Shown here piece after piece: positions 11,917 through 21,240 of a stretch of DNA of 64,000 bases. Positions within the stretch are counted from its first letter, which is position 1. Each line of letters opens with the position of its first letter. The notes under the pieces were generated by a model. The model saw only the letters and a program-made list of their open reading frames with translations. It made no database searches and had not been told where the DNA came from. The DNA is from Methanoregula sp. (GTDB lineage: Archaea > Halobacteriota > Methanomicrobia > Methanomicrobiales > Methanospirillaceae). The position numbers were made by a program, and so were the translations under genes. The DNA is taken from the NCBI GenBank assembly GCA_039698055.1, contig JBDKTL010000039.1:1-64000 (forward strand). The letters are read 5' to 3'.

Positions 11917-13527
11917 ATGAAAAAAGGTTACACAATCGTACTTACCTCTGACAGGACCCTCATGAGTGAATATTCGGGGAATATATTCTTTGGGTTCTCA
12001 GCCAGCGCTCCACGAGGATATGTGCCGGACTGGTTCTATTTCCACTTTCTCTGCCCGTCTGTCCCGGTAAATGAAGAGAACGGCGAAGTGGTTTATGCTC
12101 CGGTTGGGTTGAGAAAGATTGAAGCGAAGCTTCTGGAATCTGGCTTTCGCAGAGATGAAGTAATTATTGCCCATCCTGATTACCTGAATAAGGCTGTCGG
12201 CAGAGACACGAAGGTAGTGAGCATAACTACCTTTGATCCTCTGGGAATTGGGCCTGTCACGTCCACATTTTCAAATCTTTTTGGCGGAAAGAAAGCGTAT
12301 AATACCCACAAATTTTTTGAACTTATGAAAAAGCCGGCTCTAAGGAAGGACGGCCTCAAAGTCATCGTGGGTGGCCCGGGCGCATGGCAGCTGATGGAAA
12401 GATATGTGCAAACGGCGTTTGGGATCGATACAGTTGTCCTTGGCGAAGCAGAGAATATCGTCGGCTCATTATTTAAAGACGCAATTGCAGGGAATCCGTT
12501 GCCACTCTTGGTCAGGGGAACCCCTGCAGGGGAAGAAGACATACCAAACGCTGTCGGGCCAACGATCTGTGGTCTTGTCGAAGCTTCCCGAGGATGCGGC
12601 AGAGGATGCGACTTCTGTATTCCAGCTCTTACGCAGTTGAAGTCCCGTCGTATTGATGACATTTTGGAGGAGGTGAAAGTTAATGTCCGGCACGGGCATG
12701 ATTCTGTCATCCTCCACTCTGAAGACATTTTCCGATACGGGGCAACCGGAATTTATCCAAATCAACAAGCCGTTGAGGATCTGTTCAAAGCCGTACTGAA
12801 TACAGAAGGGGTAAGACAGGTATCGGTAAGCCATGGGGCGTTTGCTTCCATCTTGTCTGCACCTACAATGTTACCCAATCTAAGCGAGCTGATGCATCTG
12901 GACAAGAAGAACTGGCGGGGCTACCAGGTTGGATTGGAGACGGGCAGCCCAAGACTCCTGAAGGATCACATGGCTGGTAAGTGTAAACCGTTCAAACCAG
13001 AAATGTGGCCTGAAGTAGTTACGCAGGCAACAGGCATCTCTAATGATGCAAACTGGTTGCCTGTCTCCACGCTCATCATGGGGCTGCCTGGAGAAACCTC
13101 CGACGACGTAACAAAAACACTGGAACTGATCGATGACTTAAAAAAATACCGGATCATGGTGTATCCGCTTCTCGCCGTTCCCACCGGAAGACTCTCAGAA
13201 AAAGACTGTACTGCAAAGGAGAACCTGCTGCCTGAGCACCTTGAACTTTTCCTCAGGTGCTGGGAAATCAACCTCGAACTCTGGCCTGAAATGTTCAACG
13301 AAGTGTCAGGTGGAATGAGGTATTCCCTTATCGAAAAAACAATTTTGAGAACCTTATTGAATACCGGGGTATTTTTGTCGTTGAGAAAAATCCGGGCCTG
13401 TGAGAGCAGTCTTTGGGATAACAGACCTTTCAAGCTCGGCAAAAACACATTTCAGGTTTCCAAATCGGGAAAATTGATGACTGTTGTTGAAGCCAGTTCA
13501 GGCAGCATGGATGGGAAGAAGGATTGA
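11917..13527 (+). CDS. B12-binding-domain radical SAM protein, Grs/Gms-like family
   Basis: CxxxCxxC (RGCGRGCDFC). IVLTSDRTLMS, APVGLRKIEAKL, VGGPGAWQ and GLETGSPRL match my recollection of the GDGT ring synthase / GMGT synthase family; the subfamily is not verified. Confidence 0.8.
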   Translation: MKKGYTIVLTSDRTLMSEYSGNIFFGFSASAPRGYVPDWFYFHFLCPSVPVNEENGEVVYAPVGLRKIEAKLLESGFRRDEVIIAHPDYLNKAVGRDTKVVSITTFDPLGIGPVTSTFSNLFGGKKAYNTHKFFELMKKPALRKDGLKVIVGGPGAWQLMERYVQTAFGIDTVVLGEAENIVGSLFKDAIAGNPLPLLVRGTPAGEEDIPNAVGPTICGLVEASRGCGRGCDFCIPALTQLKSRRIDDILEEVKVNVRHGHDSVILHSEDIFRYGATGIYPNQQAVEDLFKAVLNTEGVRQVSVSHGAFASILSAPTMLPNLSELMHLDKKNWRGYQVGLETGSPRLLKDHMAGKCKPFKPEMWPEVVTQATGISNDANWLPVSTLIMGLPGETSDDVTKTLELIDDLKKYRIMVYPLLAVPTGRLSEKDCTAKENLLPEHLELFLRCWEINLELWPEMFNEVSGGMRYSLIEKTILRTLLNTGVFLSLRKIRACESSLWDNRPFKLGKNTFQVSKSGKLMTVVEASSGSMDGKKD

Positions 13528-13528
13528 A

Positions 13529-15424
13529 ATGTCATTCAAAAGAATCTTACTGGTAAAACCTCCGGGAAGAAAAGGATTAGGTTTTGCTTCAGATGTAATT
13601 CCTATTGGTCTGGAGTACATCGCCGCCACTGTTGAGGACATCGTTGATGAAGTCACTATCATTGACCTGGACCTTGAACAGAGTTCCTTCCAATATTTTC
13701 TCGATACTCTCAACCCAGATCTGGTTGCCATCACGATGTCGGCAACCGACAATGAGGAAGGCCTGCGTCTCGCAAAAATCGCAAAGGAAAAAGGCTGTAC
13801 AACTGTTTTAGGTGGCTATCACCCGACCGCCATACCCGATGAACTGCTTTCATACCCGCAGGTTGATCTGATTGTCAGGGGTGAAGGGGAATACACGATG
13901 AAAGAGCTGGTTATGGAGGACTCTTTTGGAGATATCCCCGGCCTGTCCTACAAAAAGGATAAAAAGATAATTCACAATAGCGACCGTCCGCTCATTCAGG
14001 ATTTAGATGCCTTGTCATTTCCGGCACGGCATCTGAGGAGACATGTATACAAAGATCACATAATGGTCGACAAGGGCAGGGTGAGGGAAGTGATTACTAT
14101 GTCCCGGGGGTGCTGGGGACGGTGCAGCTTCTGCTGCGAACCTATGATGTGTCATGGGCATCAACGGTTTCGCTCACCCGAAAACGTGATGGGGGAATTA
14201 CTGGAAATAGTGTCGTTCCACAAGGGACGCCCCCTCTCCATCTTTGTAACGGACCCCAATTTTATGGGTTCTCCCAAAATGGTTGATCGCTTGTGTGATC
14301 TGTTGCACCGGCATACGTTAGACATAAAGTTCTCTGTTCTTGTGAGGGCAGACAGCGTCGTAAGAAATCCTGAGATTATCAAGAAGATGTGCGAGAACGG
14401 CATACTCAGCTATGAGATGGGAATTGAAAGCCCAAAAGCTGAAGACCTGAAGAATATCCGGAAAAACATTACCCTGGAGATGCAGGAGAACGCCGTGAAG
14501 ATATTGGCAGACCATGGTGCATGGGTCGGAGGCACCTTCGTCATCGGCTTGCCCGGCCAGACCGAAGAGGAGATAAAGAGATTTCCCACGTACGCCAAAG
14601 AAATCGGGTTAACGGGTGCAGCATTCGGCATAGCTACACCTTTCCCGGGAACTGAATTCTACAGAGATTTGGAGCAGGATGGTTTGATCGTTAAACGCGA
14701 CTGGATCAGGTACGATGAGATGCACTCTGTGTTCGAGTTGAAAGATGTGAGCAGGGAGAGGCTTGAGGAACTGGCAACCTACTGCCACGCCAGGTTCTGG
14801 ACGTTGGACGTGTTTATCAGGCAGGCCCGCCTCACTCTGAAACCCGGAGGGAAAGTTTTTTTGGAAGATTTTATTGGAGGCATACTCAATACTTTGAGGT
14901 TTGGCTGGAACACAACGGCGGATCTCCAGGCAGAAAACATTTTCACCCATATGAGGATTGCTGCCGAAGCTGGTGCAAACTCCTGTGTCGAAGAGTACAC
15001 AAGGGAGGTTGGTGTGCACAACATCATAGAATTTCCCCGGTTTTTGCTCAAGGTCTTAGGGGATCAGAAGATTCAATTTTCCATCACAAGGGAAGGCGTG
15101 CCGATTACAAGTTATATTATAAAAACCACAGCGAGTTCCGTGGAGTACGTGAAGGCCATATCGGGAAAGGTTGACGATGCGACCATCAATCTCGATGTTG
15201 ATCTCAATGATCTTGATCTGTCAAAGGGCACCACCAGTAACCGTGAGTTCCTGAAAAATTGTATCCGGGCGACAATCTCTCTACGGGGGATAGATGAAAT
15301 GTGGCAGAGGACGAGGTTGCTTGCCGCGATCGGTTTGGGATCAACCCAGATAATCATTGCTCATAATATCAGGACGTTGGAAAGGATAGGAAGTTATGCT
15401 GCTGTCATCGGGGGATCGAAATGA
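13529..15424 (+). CDS. Cobalamin-dependent (class B) radical SAM protein, probable methyltransferase, with a long C-terminal extension
   Basis: N-terminal B12-binding region (PIGLEYIAA, LGGYHPT, RGEGE), SRGCWGRCSFC, GIES and TPFPGTEFY; about 190 extra C-terminal residues. Confidence 0.85.
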   Translation: MSFKRILLVKPPGRKGLGFASDVIPIGLEYIAATVEDIVDEVTIIDLDLEQSSFQYFLDTLNPDLVAITMSATDNEEGLRLAKIAKEKGCTTVLGGYHPTAIPDELLSYPQVDLIVRGEGEYTMKELVMEDSFGDIPGLSYKKDKKIIHNSDRPLIQDLDALSFPARHLRRHVYKDHIMVDKGRVREVITMSRGCWGRCSFCCEPMMCHGHQRFRSPENVMGELLEIVSFHKGRPLSIFVTDPNFMGSPKMVDRLCDLLHRHTLDIKFSVLVRADSVVRNPEIIKKMCENGILSYEMGIESPKAEDLKNIRKNITLEMQENAVKILADHGAWVGGTFVIGLPGQTEEEIKRFPTYAKEIGLTGAAFGIATPFPGTEFYRDLEQDGLIVKRDWIRYDEMHSVFELKDVSRERLEELATYCHARFWTLDVFIRQARLTLKPGGKVFLEDFIGGILNTLRFGWNTTADLQAENIFTHMRIAAEAGANSCVEEYTREVGVHNIIEFPRFLLKVLGDQKIQFSITREGVPITSYIIKTTASSVEYVKAISGKVDDATINLDVDLNDLDLSKGTTSNREFLKNCIRATISLRGIDEMWQRTRLLAAIGLGSTQIIIAHNIRTLERIGSYAAVIGGSK

Positions 15425-16497
15425 GGATTGTTGACAGGGCCGTTTATGCGAAGAAACGTGTCAGAGACAAGGTTGGGAAGATACGGGAAACATACACTCT
15501 GCTCCGGGAACTCAGTTCCATAAACGGGGCAAACATCAGCCGCAGACTTCTGGACAGGGCGATGTACAGCGTTGAAACCCTGCCCCCCCTGGGAAAAGAG
15601 TACTGGTGGTTCCTGTTCTTTGGTAATGACGGGAGGCAGATGATGGTGCTGGTGTACCGCAAATTTGGGAAAGGCATGGTCTTCAACGGGAAGGAGGTTG
15701 TATTCAGGAAGGCAGACCAAGATACATTTCAAGCGGTGACAACCGGCTGGATCTATGATGGGAAGGGAATATACGACTTGGGAGTTTCAAATCCTGTAAT
15801 TGTATCTGCCCCTGGAGGAAAAGCGTTAGTCTCCCAAGTCTCCGACAGGAAGATGACCTTCAAGGGGAGTTTCCCTGAATATGAATTGAAGATAGGAGAT
15901 CTTGTCCATCTTAAAATGACAAAGGGAGAATCTCTCGAAAACGGGTGTGCCCATGGGGTTTACATCCCCCCCTTCGGAGCAGGATGGATCGATATCTTCT
16001 CAAACGCTGAGGGGGATGTGCTGGGAAAAAAGTTTGTGGGAACTGCCCATCTGCAAAAAGTCGTTGGCATAATGCCATATGGATCGTTCCATTGGGCACG
16101 AGTAGTCTTCCAAAACGGTTCAATATTCTCGTTTTTCTGCCTGAAAACCGGGGAAAAATCAAAAATGTATTTCCATATATCCATGAACTTCTATGATAAC
16201 CAGACCAGAAAGTACATCCGGTTCAAGAAACCACGACTGAAAATTTCAGAGGAAACGGATAGAATAACAACGTGGACTCTCAAGGGATGGGACGAGGAGA
16301 ATGAACTCAGCATAGTGTTGGAGACCTATGCAGACATAAAGTTCACTATGAATGGTGGCGGTTCCCAGGTGTATAATGAATATGCGGTCACGCCTACCCA
16401 ATTCAGGTTTACAACCAAAGACCAGACCATTACGTTGAAAGATTTAGGTAACGGGATAGGCACGTTTGAGGATGCTTATGGTTTGCCGGGATTCTAG
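15421..16497 (+). CDS. Hypothetical protein, possibly AttH/tocopherol-cyclase/lipocalin-like beta-fold
   Basis: ATGA overlap with the upstream gene; aromatic, beta-rich sequence (KEYWWFLFF, GTAHLQKV, FHWARVVFQNGS). The fold assignment is an inference. Confidence 0.6.
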   Translation: MRIVDRAVYAKKRVRDKVGKIRETYTLLRELSSINGANISRRLLDRAMYSVETLPPLGKEYWWFLFFGNDGRQMMVLVYRKFGKGMVFNGKEVVFRKADQDTFQAVTTGWIYDGKGIYDLGVSNPVIVSAPGGKALVSQVSDRKMTFKGSFPEYELKIGDLVHLKMTKGESLENGCAHGVYIPPFGAGWIDIFSNAEGDVLGKKFVGTAHLQKVVGIMPYGSFHWARVVFQNGSIFSFFCLKTGEKSKMYFHISMNFYDNQTRKYIRFKKPRLKISEETDRITTWTLKGWDEENELSIVLETYADIKFTMNGGGSQVYNEYAVTPTQFRFTTKDQTITLKDLGNGIGTFEDAYGLPGF

Positions 16498-16513
16498 GTT
16501 TGCCGGGATTCTA
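16480..16513 (+). repeat. 17-bp tandem direct repeat
   Basis: GGTTTGCCGGGATTCTA occurs twice in tandem across the stop codon of the 358-aa gene. Confidence 0.9.
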
Positions 16514-16775
16514 GTATTGTGCTATCCGGATGAAGGGGGCTTGTATGAGATCGATGGCAGTGCTGTTAGTACAGGACAATTTCAATTCTCATGCTACAAG
16601 TACAGGAGGAACGAAATTGGTATCTTTAGATCCAATGAAATGGATTGTTACTTCATATTCAACATCTCATGAGGGTATGGAGATGATTCATCATTATATC
16701 TCATCTCCGTTCCAGGATTGTCCGTACCTGTCCGATGAATAAAACATCCCTTAATTATCGCAAAGGTCAACAAGC

Positions 16776-18431
16776 GTGGTCACACAAATCCAACGGTTCT
16801 CCCAGATTGTCAAAATCCTGAGCAAATACGGTTTTGGCATAGTGCTGGAAAAGCTGTTTCCGGGACAGTTCCGCGTACGGTTTTTGTTCCGCGGTGTTTC
16901 TCCCGAACCGTCTACCATATTCGAACGGATGCGGCGTGCCATTGAAGAACTCGGCCCGGCCTTTGTGAAGTTCGGGCAGATCATGAGCACGCGGACAGAC
17001 CTCTTACCCGCGGAGATGATCACACAGCTAAAAAAACTGCAGGACCATGTAAAGCCCGTGTCATTCTCTGAAGTCCGCCCCGTGATCGAAGAGTGCTGCC
17101 CGTATCCTTGTGAATGGTTCCGTGAGATCGATGAGATCCCTGTAGCCTCCGCCTCAATTGCACAGGTCCATAGTGCAATCCTCATGGATGGGACACGAGT
17201 AGCCCTCAAAATACAGCGCCCTGGTATCGGGGATGTTATCGAGACCGATCTCCATATCCTGCAGTCAATGGCGGAACGGATTGAACAGGTCTTTCCTGAC
17301 GCGCAGGTATACAACCCGACCGGCATGGTAAAGGACTTCGCACACCAGATACGAAAAGAGCTCGATTTCCTCCAGGAAGCGAGGACCGCGGAACGGATGA
17401 GGCATAACTTCAGGGATATGACCGGCATCCACTTTCCGAGAATGTACAGGGAATACTCATCTTCCCGTATGCTTGTCATGGAGTTCATTGAGGGGGTTCG
17501 TATCGATAACCTGGAAGAGATATCCGCAATGGGACTTGACCCACACGAGATCGGGGCCAGGGGTTTTCATGCCTACCTCAAGATGATCTTTGAAGACGGA
17601 TTCTTCCATGGCGATCCGCACCCGGGCAACCTGCTGGTCACAAAGGAGGGTACCATTGTCGTTCTGGACTTCGGGATTGCTGGGATCCTCCGTCCGGAAA
17701 AGCGACAAAATTTCATCAACTTCCTCTTTGCCCTGATGAATGAGGACACAGAACTGATAATACGGTCCCTGGAAGGATTCGGGGTCGTGATACCCGCTGA
17801 AAACCGGGAACCGCTGCAGGACGATCTCTTTGTCCTGATACAGAACCTGGGTCTGGGTCAGAACATCTCCCGGTTCAATTTTGCGCTGTTCGTGACCGAG
17901 CTCTCGGAAGTAATGCGCCGTTACCGGATCAAGGTGCCGATGAACCTGATGCTGCTCTTAAAGGTCCTTGTCATGATACTCGATATCGGTGTCCGCCTCG
18001 ATCCTGAGTTCAATATTGAGAAGGAGCTGTCCCCATATCTCGTGAGAATCGCACAAAAAAATACCTTCTCCGTCACCAGCGCAAAAAAGGTCACCGTCTC
18101 ACTGCTGGAGACCACGGATGCCATTCTCGATATGCCCCGTCATCTCAACCTGATGCTGAGGCGGTTCTCCACGGGCACGTTCCGCCTGGAACTTATAGAT
18201 AAGGATCTCCGGGAATTCCAGGTGGCGCTTGATTTGGCAAGCGATAAGTTCATGATCGGCCTTGTTATTGGATCATTGGTTATCGGGTCTTCGCTGTTCC
18301 TCATGTCCATCCCCCTGGCCGTTCCTCCGGAAGTTTCGTGGATAGCGGTTGCCGGATATAGCGCTGCGGTGCTTGTGGGATTCTACGCAGTATATCACAT
18401 CATCTTCCTGAAATTCCGGCAGGAGCAGTGA
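16776..18431 (+). CDS. ABC1/AarF/UbiB family atypical kinase
   Basis: LGPAFVKFGQ, ASASIAQVH, VALKIQRP, FFHGDPHPGN and LDFG motifs; C-terminal TM helices. Confidence 0.93.
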   Translation: MVTQIQRFSQIVKILSKYGFGIVLEKLFPGQFRVRFLFRGVSPEPSTIFERMRRAIEELGPAFVKFGQIMSTRTDLLPAEMITQLKKLQDHVKPVSFSEVRPVIEECCPYPCEWFREIDEIPVASASIAQVHSAILMDGTRVALKIQRPGIGDVIETDLHILQSMAERIEQVFPDAQVYNPTGMVKDFAHQIRKELDFLQEARTAERMRHNFRDMTGIHFPRMYREYSSSRMLVMEFIEGVRIDNLEEISAMGLDPHEIGARGFHAYLKMIFEDGFFHGDPHPGNLLVTKEGTIVVLDFGIAGILRPEKRQNFINFLFALMNEDTELIIRSLEGFGVVIPAENREPLQDDLFVLIQNLGLGQNISRFNFALFVTELSEVMRRYRIKVPMNLMLLLKVLVMILDIGVRLDPEFNIEKELSPYLVRIAQKNTFSVTSAKKVTVSLLETTDAILDMPRHLNLMLRRFSTGTFRLELIDKDLREFQVALDLASDKFMIGLVIGSLVIGSSLFLMSIPLAVPPEVSWIAVAGYSAAVLVGFYAVYHIIFLKFRQEQ

Positions 18432-18555
18432 AATGTAACAAATTTCCGGGTATTATCTATTCAACCTCGCGCTGATTGCAGTATGAGTAAAAATCCTTCT
18501 TCACGATATTTTAAATTGAAACAAACGGGAGAAATATCCTGGACTCCATTCAGTA

Positions 18556-19206
18556 TCAGGGATCCCGCAGTTCCATAACAGTCGCACGGGCCTGGCAGAC
18601 CGTGACACAAAGCCCGCAACCCAGACATAAACCGGAATTGTACAGCATCTGGCCGTCAACAAATGTCCGGGCATCAAAAATACATCTCTCAACACATTTG
18701 CCACAATTGATGCATAAGTCCTTGTCAGTCACTGCGACATATTCAGAGCGAACCACCAGATCCCGGCGATTGTATACCTTCATGAGCTGAAGGTCATGGC
18801 AGCAGCAGGGACAACAGTTGCAGAGTGCATAAATTTCATGGTCGGGCTGGTAAAGGGTAAGATGAATAAGACCGTATTCATCCGCTTTACGTACTATATC
18901 CGCAGCCTCTGATAAGGACACCGAATGTGCCTGGCCTTTTCCTATCGCATGCTCACCCGTCTTGTTGAGTAAAAAACAGACTTCGAGGGGTTTGTTGCAT
19001 CGGGAATAATGTACTCTGCAGCCACATTTCTGCACTGCTATGGATTGCGCATTGCGTAAAATATCCAGGACCTGTTCAGATGGCAGCACCCATTGTTGAG
19101 CAGACAAGGATTCACGGGTGGGGATTATTTTTGAAGAAAATGAAATCAGTCCGTGATCCAACCACCTGTCATATTTTATCAGTCTTTCTTTCAGGAAATC
19201 CTCCAT
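18556..19206 (-). CDS. 4Fe-4S dicluster (ferredoxin) domain protein
   Basis: CINCGKCVERC and CLGCGLCVTVC plus CGCR and CNCCPCCC motifs. Confidence 0.88.
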   Translation of the reverse strand: MEDFLKERLIKYDRWLDHGLISFSSKIIPTRESLSAQQWVLPSEQVLDILRNAQSIAVQKCGCRVHYSRCNKPLEVCFLLNKTGEHAIGKGQAHSVSLSEAADIVRKADEYGLIHLTLYQPDHEIYALCNCCPCCCHDLQLMKVYNRRDLVVRSEYVAVTDKDLCINCGKCVERCIFDARTFVDGQMLYNSGLCLGCGLCVTVCQARATVMELRDP

Positions 19207-19420
19207 ACTCTACAAATGTGATGTCTATGTTCGCTGATTAAAAAGTTGCTCATGAACCGGTTCTGGTATATTACATCAGGAACCGGCCGGGTGAGAAATG
19301 AAATTCTGATCGTACGAAACCACCTAAAATGGAAAAAACGGGAATTGGGAACTGGTAACAGTCCCGATTGTTCAGTTTATCCCCCCATCCCTGTAATGTG
19401 TGATTGTTAAAGAGAAATGT

Positions 19421-19659
19421 AATCTCAAAACAACGCCGCGTGTGCAGCTTCAAGTGTTCGCATCTCTCTGCTTGTATAAGCGGCAACCGGCTAAGAGAAC
19501 CCAACCGAAAAACTCAATGGACCCTATGATCTCCTCCCCACTATACCGACCAGTACTAGTACCTGTGAATGAAGGTGGTGTCCTCACTCCAGAACGTCGA
19601 TTCATCCCTTGTTGTCGGTTCGCATTATCGACCGATGACGGGAGCCGTACCAAGAGATT
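19421..19659 (-). ncRNA. Putative structured non-coding element (~240 nt), possibly derived from an IS non-coding end
   Basis: Several nested hairpins found by eye and terminal AATCTC/GAGATT inverted hexamers; no credible ORF. The strand is inferred from G-U pairing. Confidence 0.4.
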
Positions 19660-19774
19660 GTCGGTTTTTCAGCTGATGTGGGCTCTGCTTTGGACAGGTT
19701 CGAGGTAGATCCGAAACATCATGGAAACACTGCTCCTGAAACCGGGATTCTCTTTTTGTGAGATTTGAGCAACG

Positions 19775-21240
19775 TTATTCCGCCCCGCGGCCGACTGCTT
19801 CGAGATCGGTGAGAAGGTCGGCGGCAGAACTGTACCGGTCTTCGGGACGTCGGGCAAGACACTTCCTGATAATAGCCCGGATTTCCGGGACATGCCTGCC
19901 ATCCCACGATGGCTCACCCGCGGGATCGTTCAGGATTGCCATGTTCGTGTCGTGTATCCCTTCACGGGCGAATGGGTTCGTCCCGGTCAGGAGCTCGGTG
20001 AAGAGGACACCGACCTGATAGATGTCGGTCGCTGCCCCGGGCTTGCCGTAGATCTGGGGGGCGACCTGTTCAGGAGCCGCGTAACCGGGAGAGTACCCGA
20101 TCATGGTCGACTGCCGGGGGTCGTTCACCCGTTTCCCAAGGCCCCAGTCGGTGATTTTAGGTGTCCCGTCTTCTGCGATGAGAATATTTTCCGGCTTGAG
20201 ATCCCGGTGGACGATGCCCTTCCCGTGGGCGAAGGCAAGTCCACGCACTACGCCGGTGACGATCGCGAGCGCCTCCGGTTCGGGAAGGGGGAGTTTCATC
20301 CTGGCGAGGGACGAAGGGGCATATTCCATCTCGACATACGGGACCGGCAGGATGTTTGTCGAGTAGATCCCGATGATATTCTCATGCCCGAGGCCCTGCC
20401 AGAAGAAGATATCCCGGGTGAAGTGGGTGCCGGTCATTTCATCGAACCGCTGGGGGACTTTCACCGCGACCGTCTTCCCGGTCTTTGCGTTCTTCGCCCG
20501 GAACACCCGTGCGATTCCTCCCTCCCGATAAATTCCGGGTTGAGGAATCGTTTTTCGAGCGAAGCAGGGAACGCAGCATCGGGTCCGTTCCGGGGGAACC
20601 CGTGCTCTCCATCCGGGACCCGGCCCGGCATCACCGGGACCAATGTCGCGTGCCGGGATTCCTCCCCGGCCGTATTTTCCCTGCCGGTTCCGGTCTCCAT
20701 GTTCCGGTTTCTCACGAACAAGAGGTACGCTATGGCAAAGATACCGGCACCTGCGATAAGAGCGATGGTGATGAGGACTCCCGCCGGTACGTTTACCGTC
20801 GGCCGTACGATTGTTATGGCAGCAGGTGTTTCCACAACCGCGGTCCGGTTCCTGAGGGCCGGGAGGATTGGTGTTCTATCAGTCTCGGGAGCCACGCGCA
20901 CCTCGCGAAGTGTCCGGACCGGAGTTGCCGGACCGGAACCAAGGCCCGGCCTGGATTCTGAAAAATTCGCCACTTCTGTCTGTGGGATACCGGCTCCGGG
21001 TGCAGTTTCCGGAACCCGTTCCAGAACAGCACTTGCGGAGGCCGAAGAAGAGGGGACACCGGTCTCCGAAGCGAATACCGGGCAGACGAGCGATACAAGG
21101 ATGACGAACAGGACCGCACGCCACAGTCCGGGCAGGTGCCACGCATTGTTCCCGGTTTTTCCACGATGCCGCATTGTCGTTGCCATACGATCATTCACCG
21201 GCAACAAAGAGGAGGCGGGCCGCGTGAGCCCCGACCCCAA
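19775..21240 (-). pseudogene. Membrane-anchored Hanks-type Ser/Thr protein kinase split by a frameshift near 20525 (real or sequencing error)
   Basis: The N-terminal ORF has a signal peptide and TM helix. The C-terminal ORF has VAVK, HRDLKPEN, DWG and YAAPEQ. Adding one G to ATCGGGAGGGAGGA restores the Gly loop IGEGGIARVF. Confidence 0.85.
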
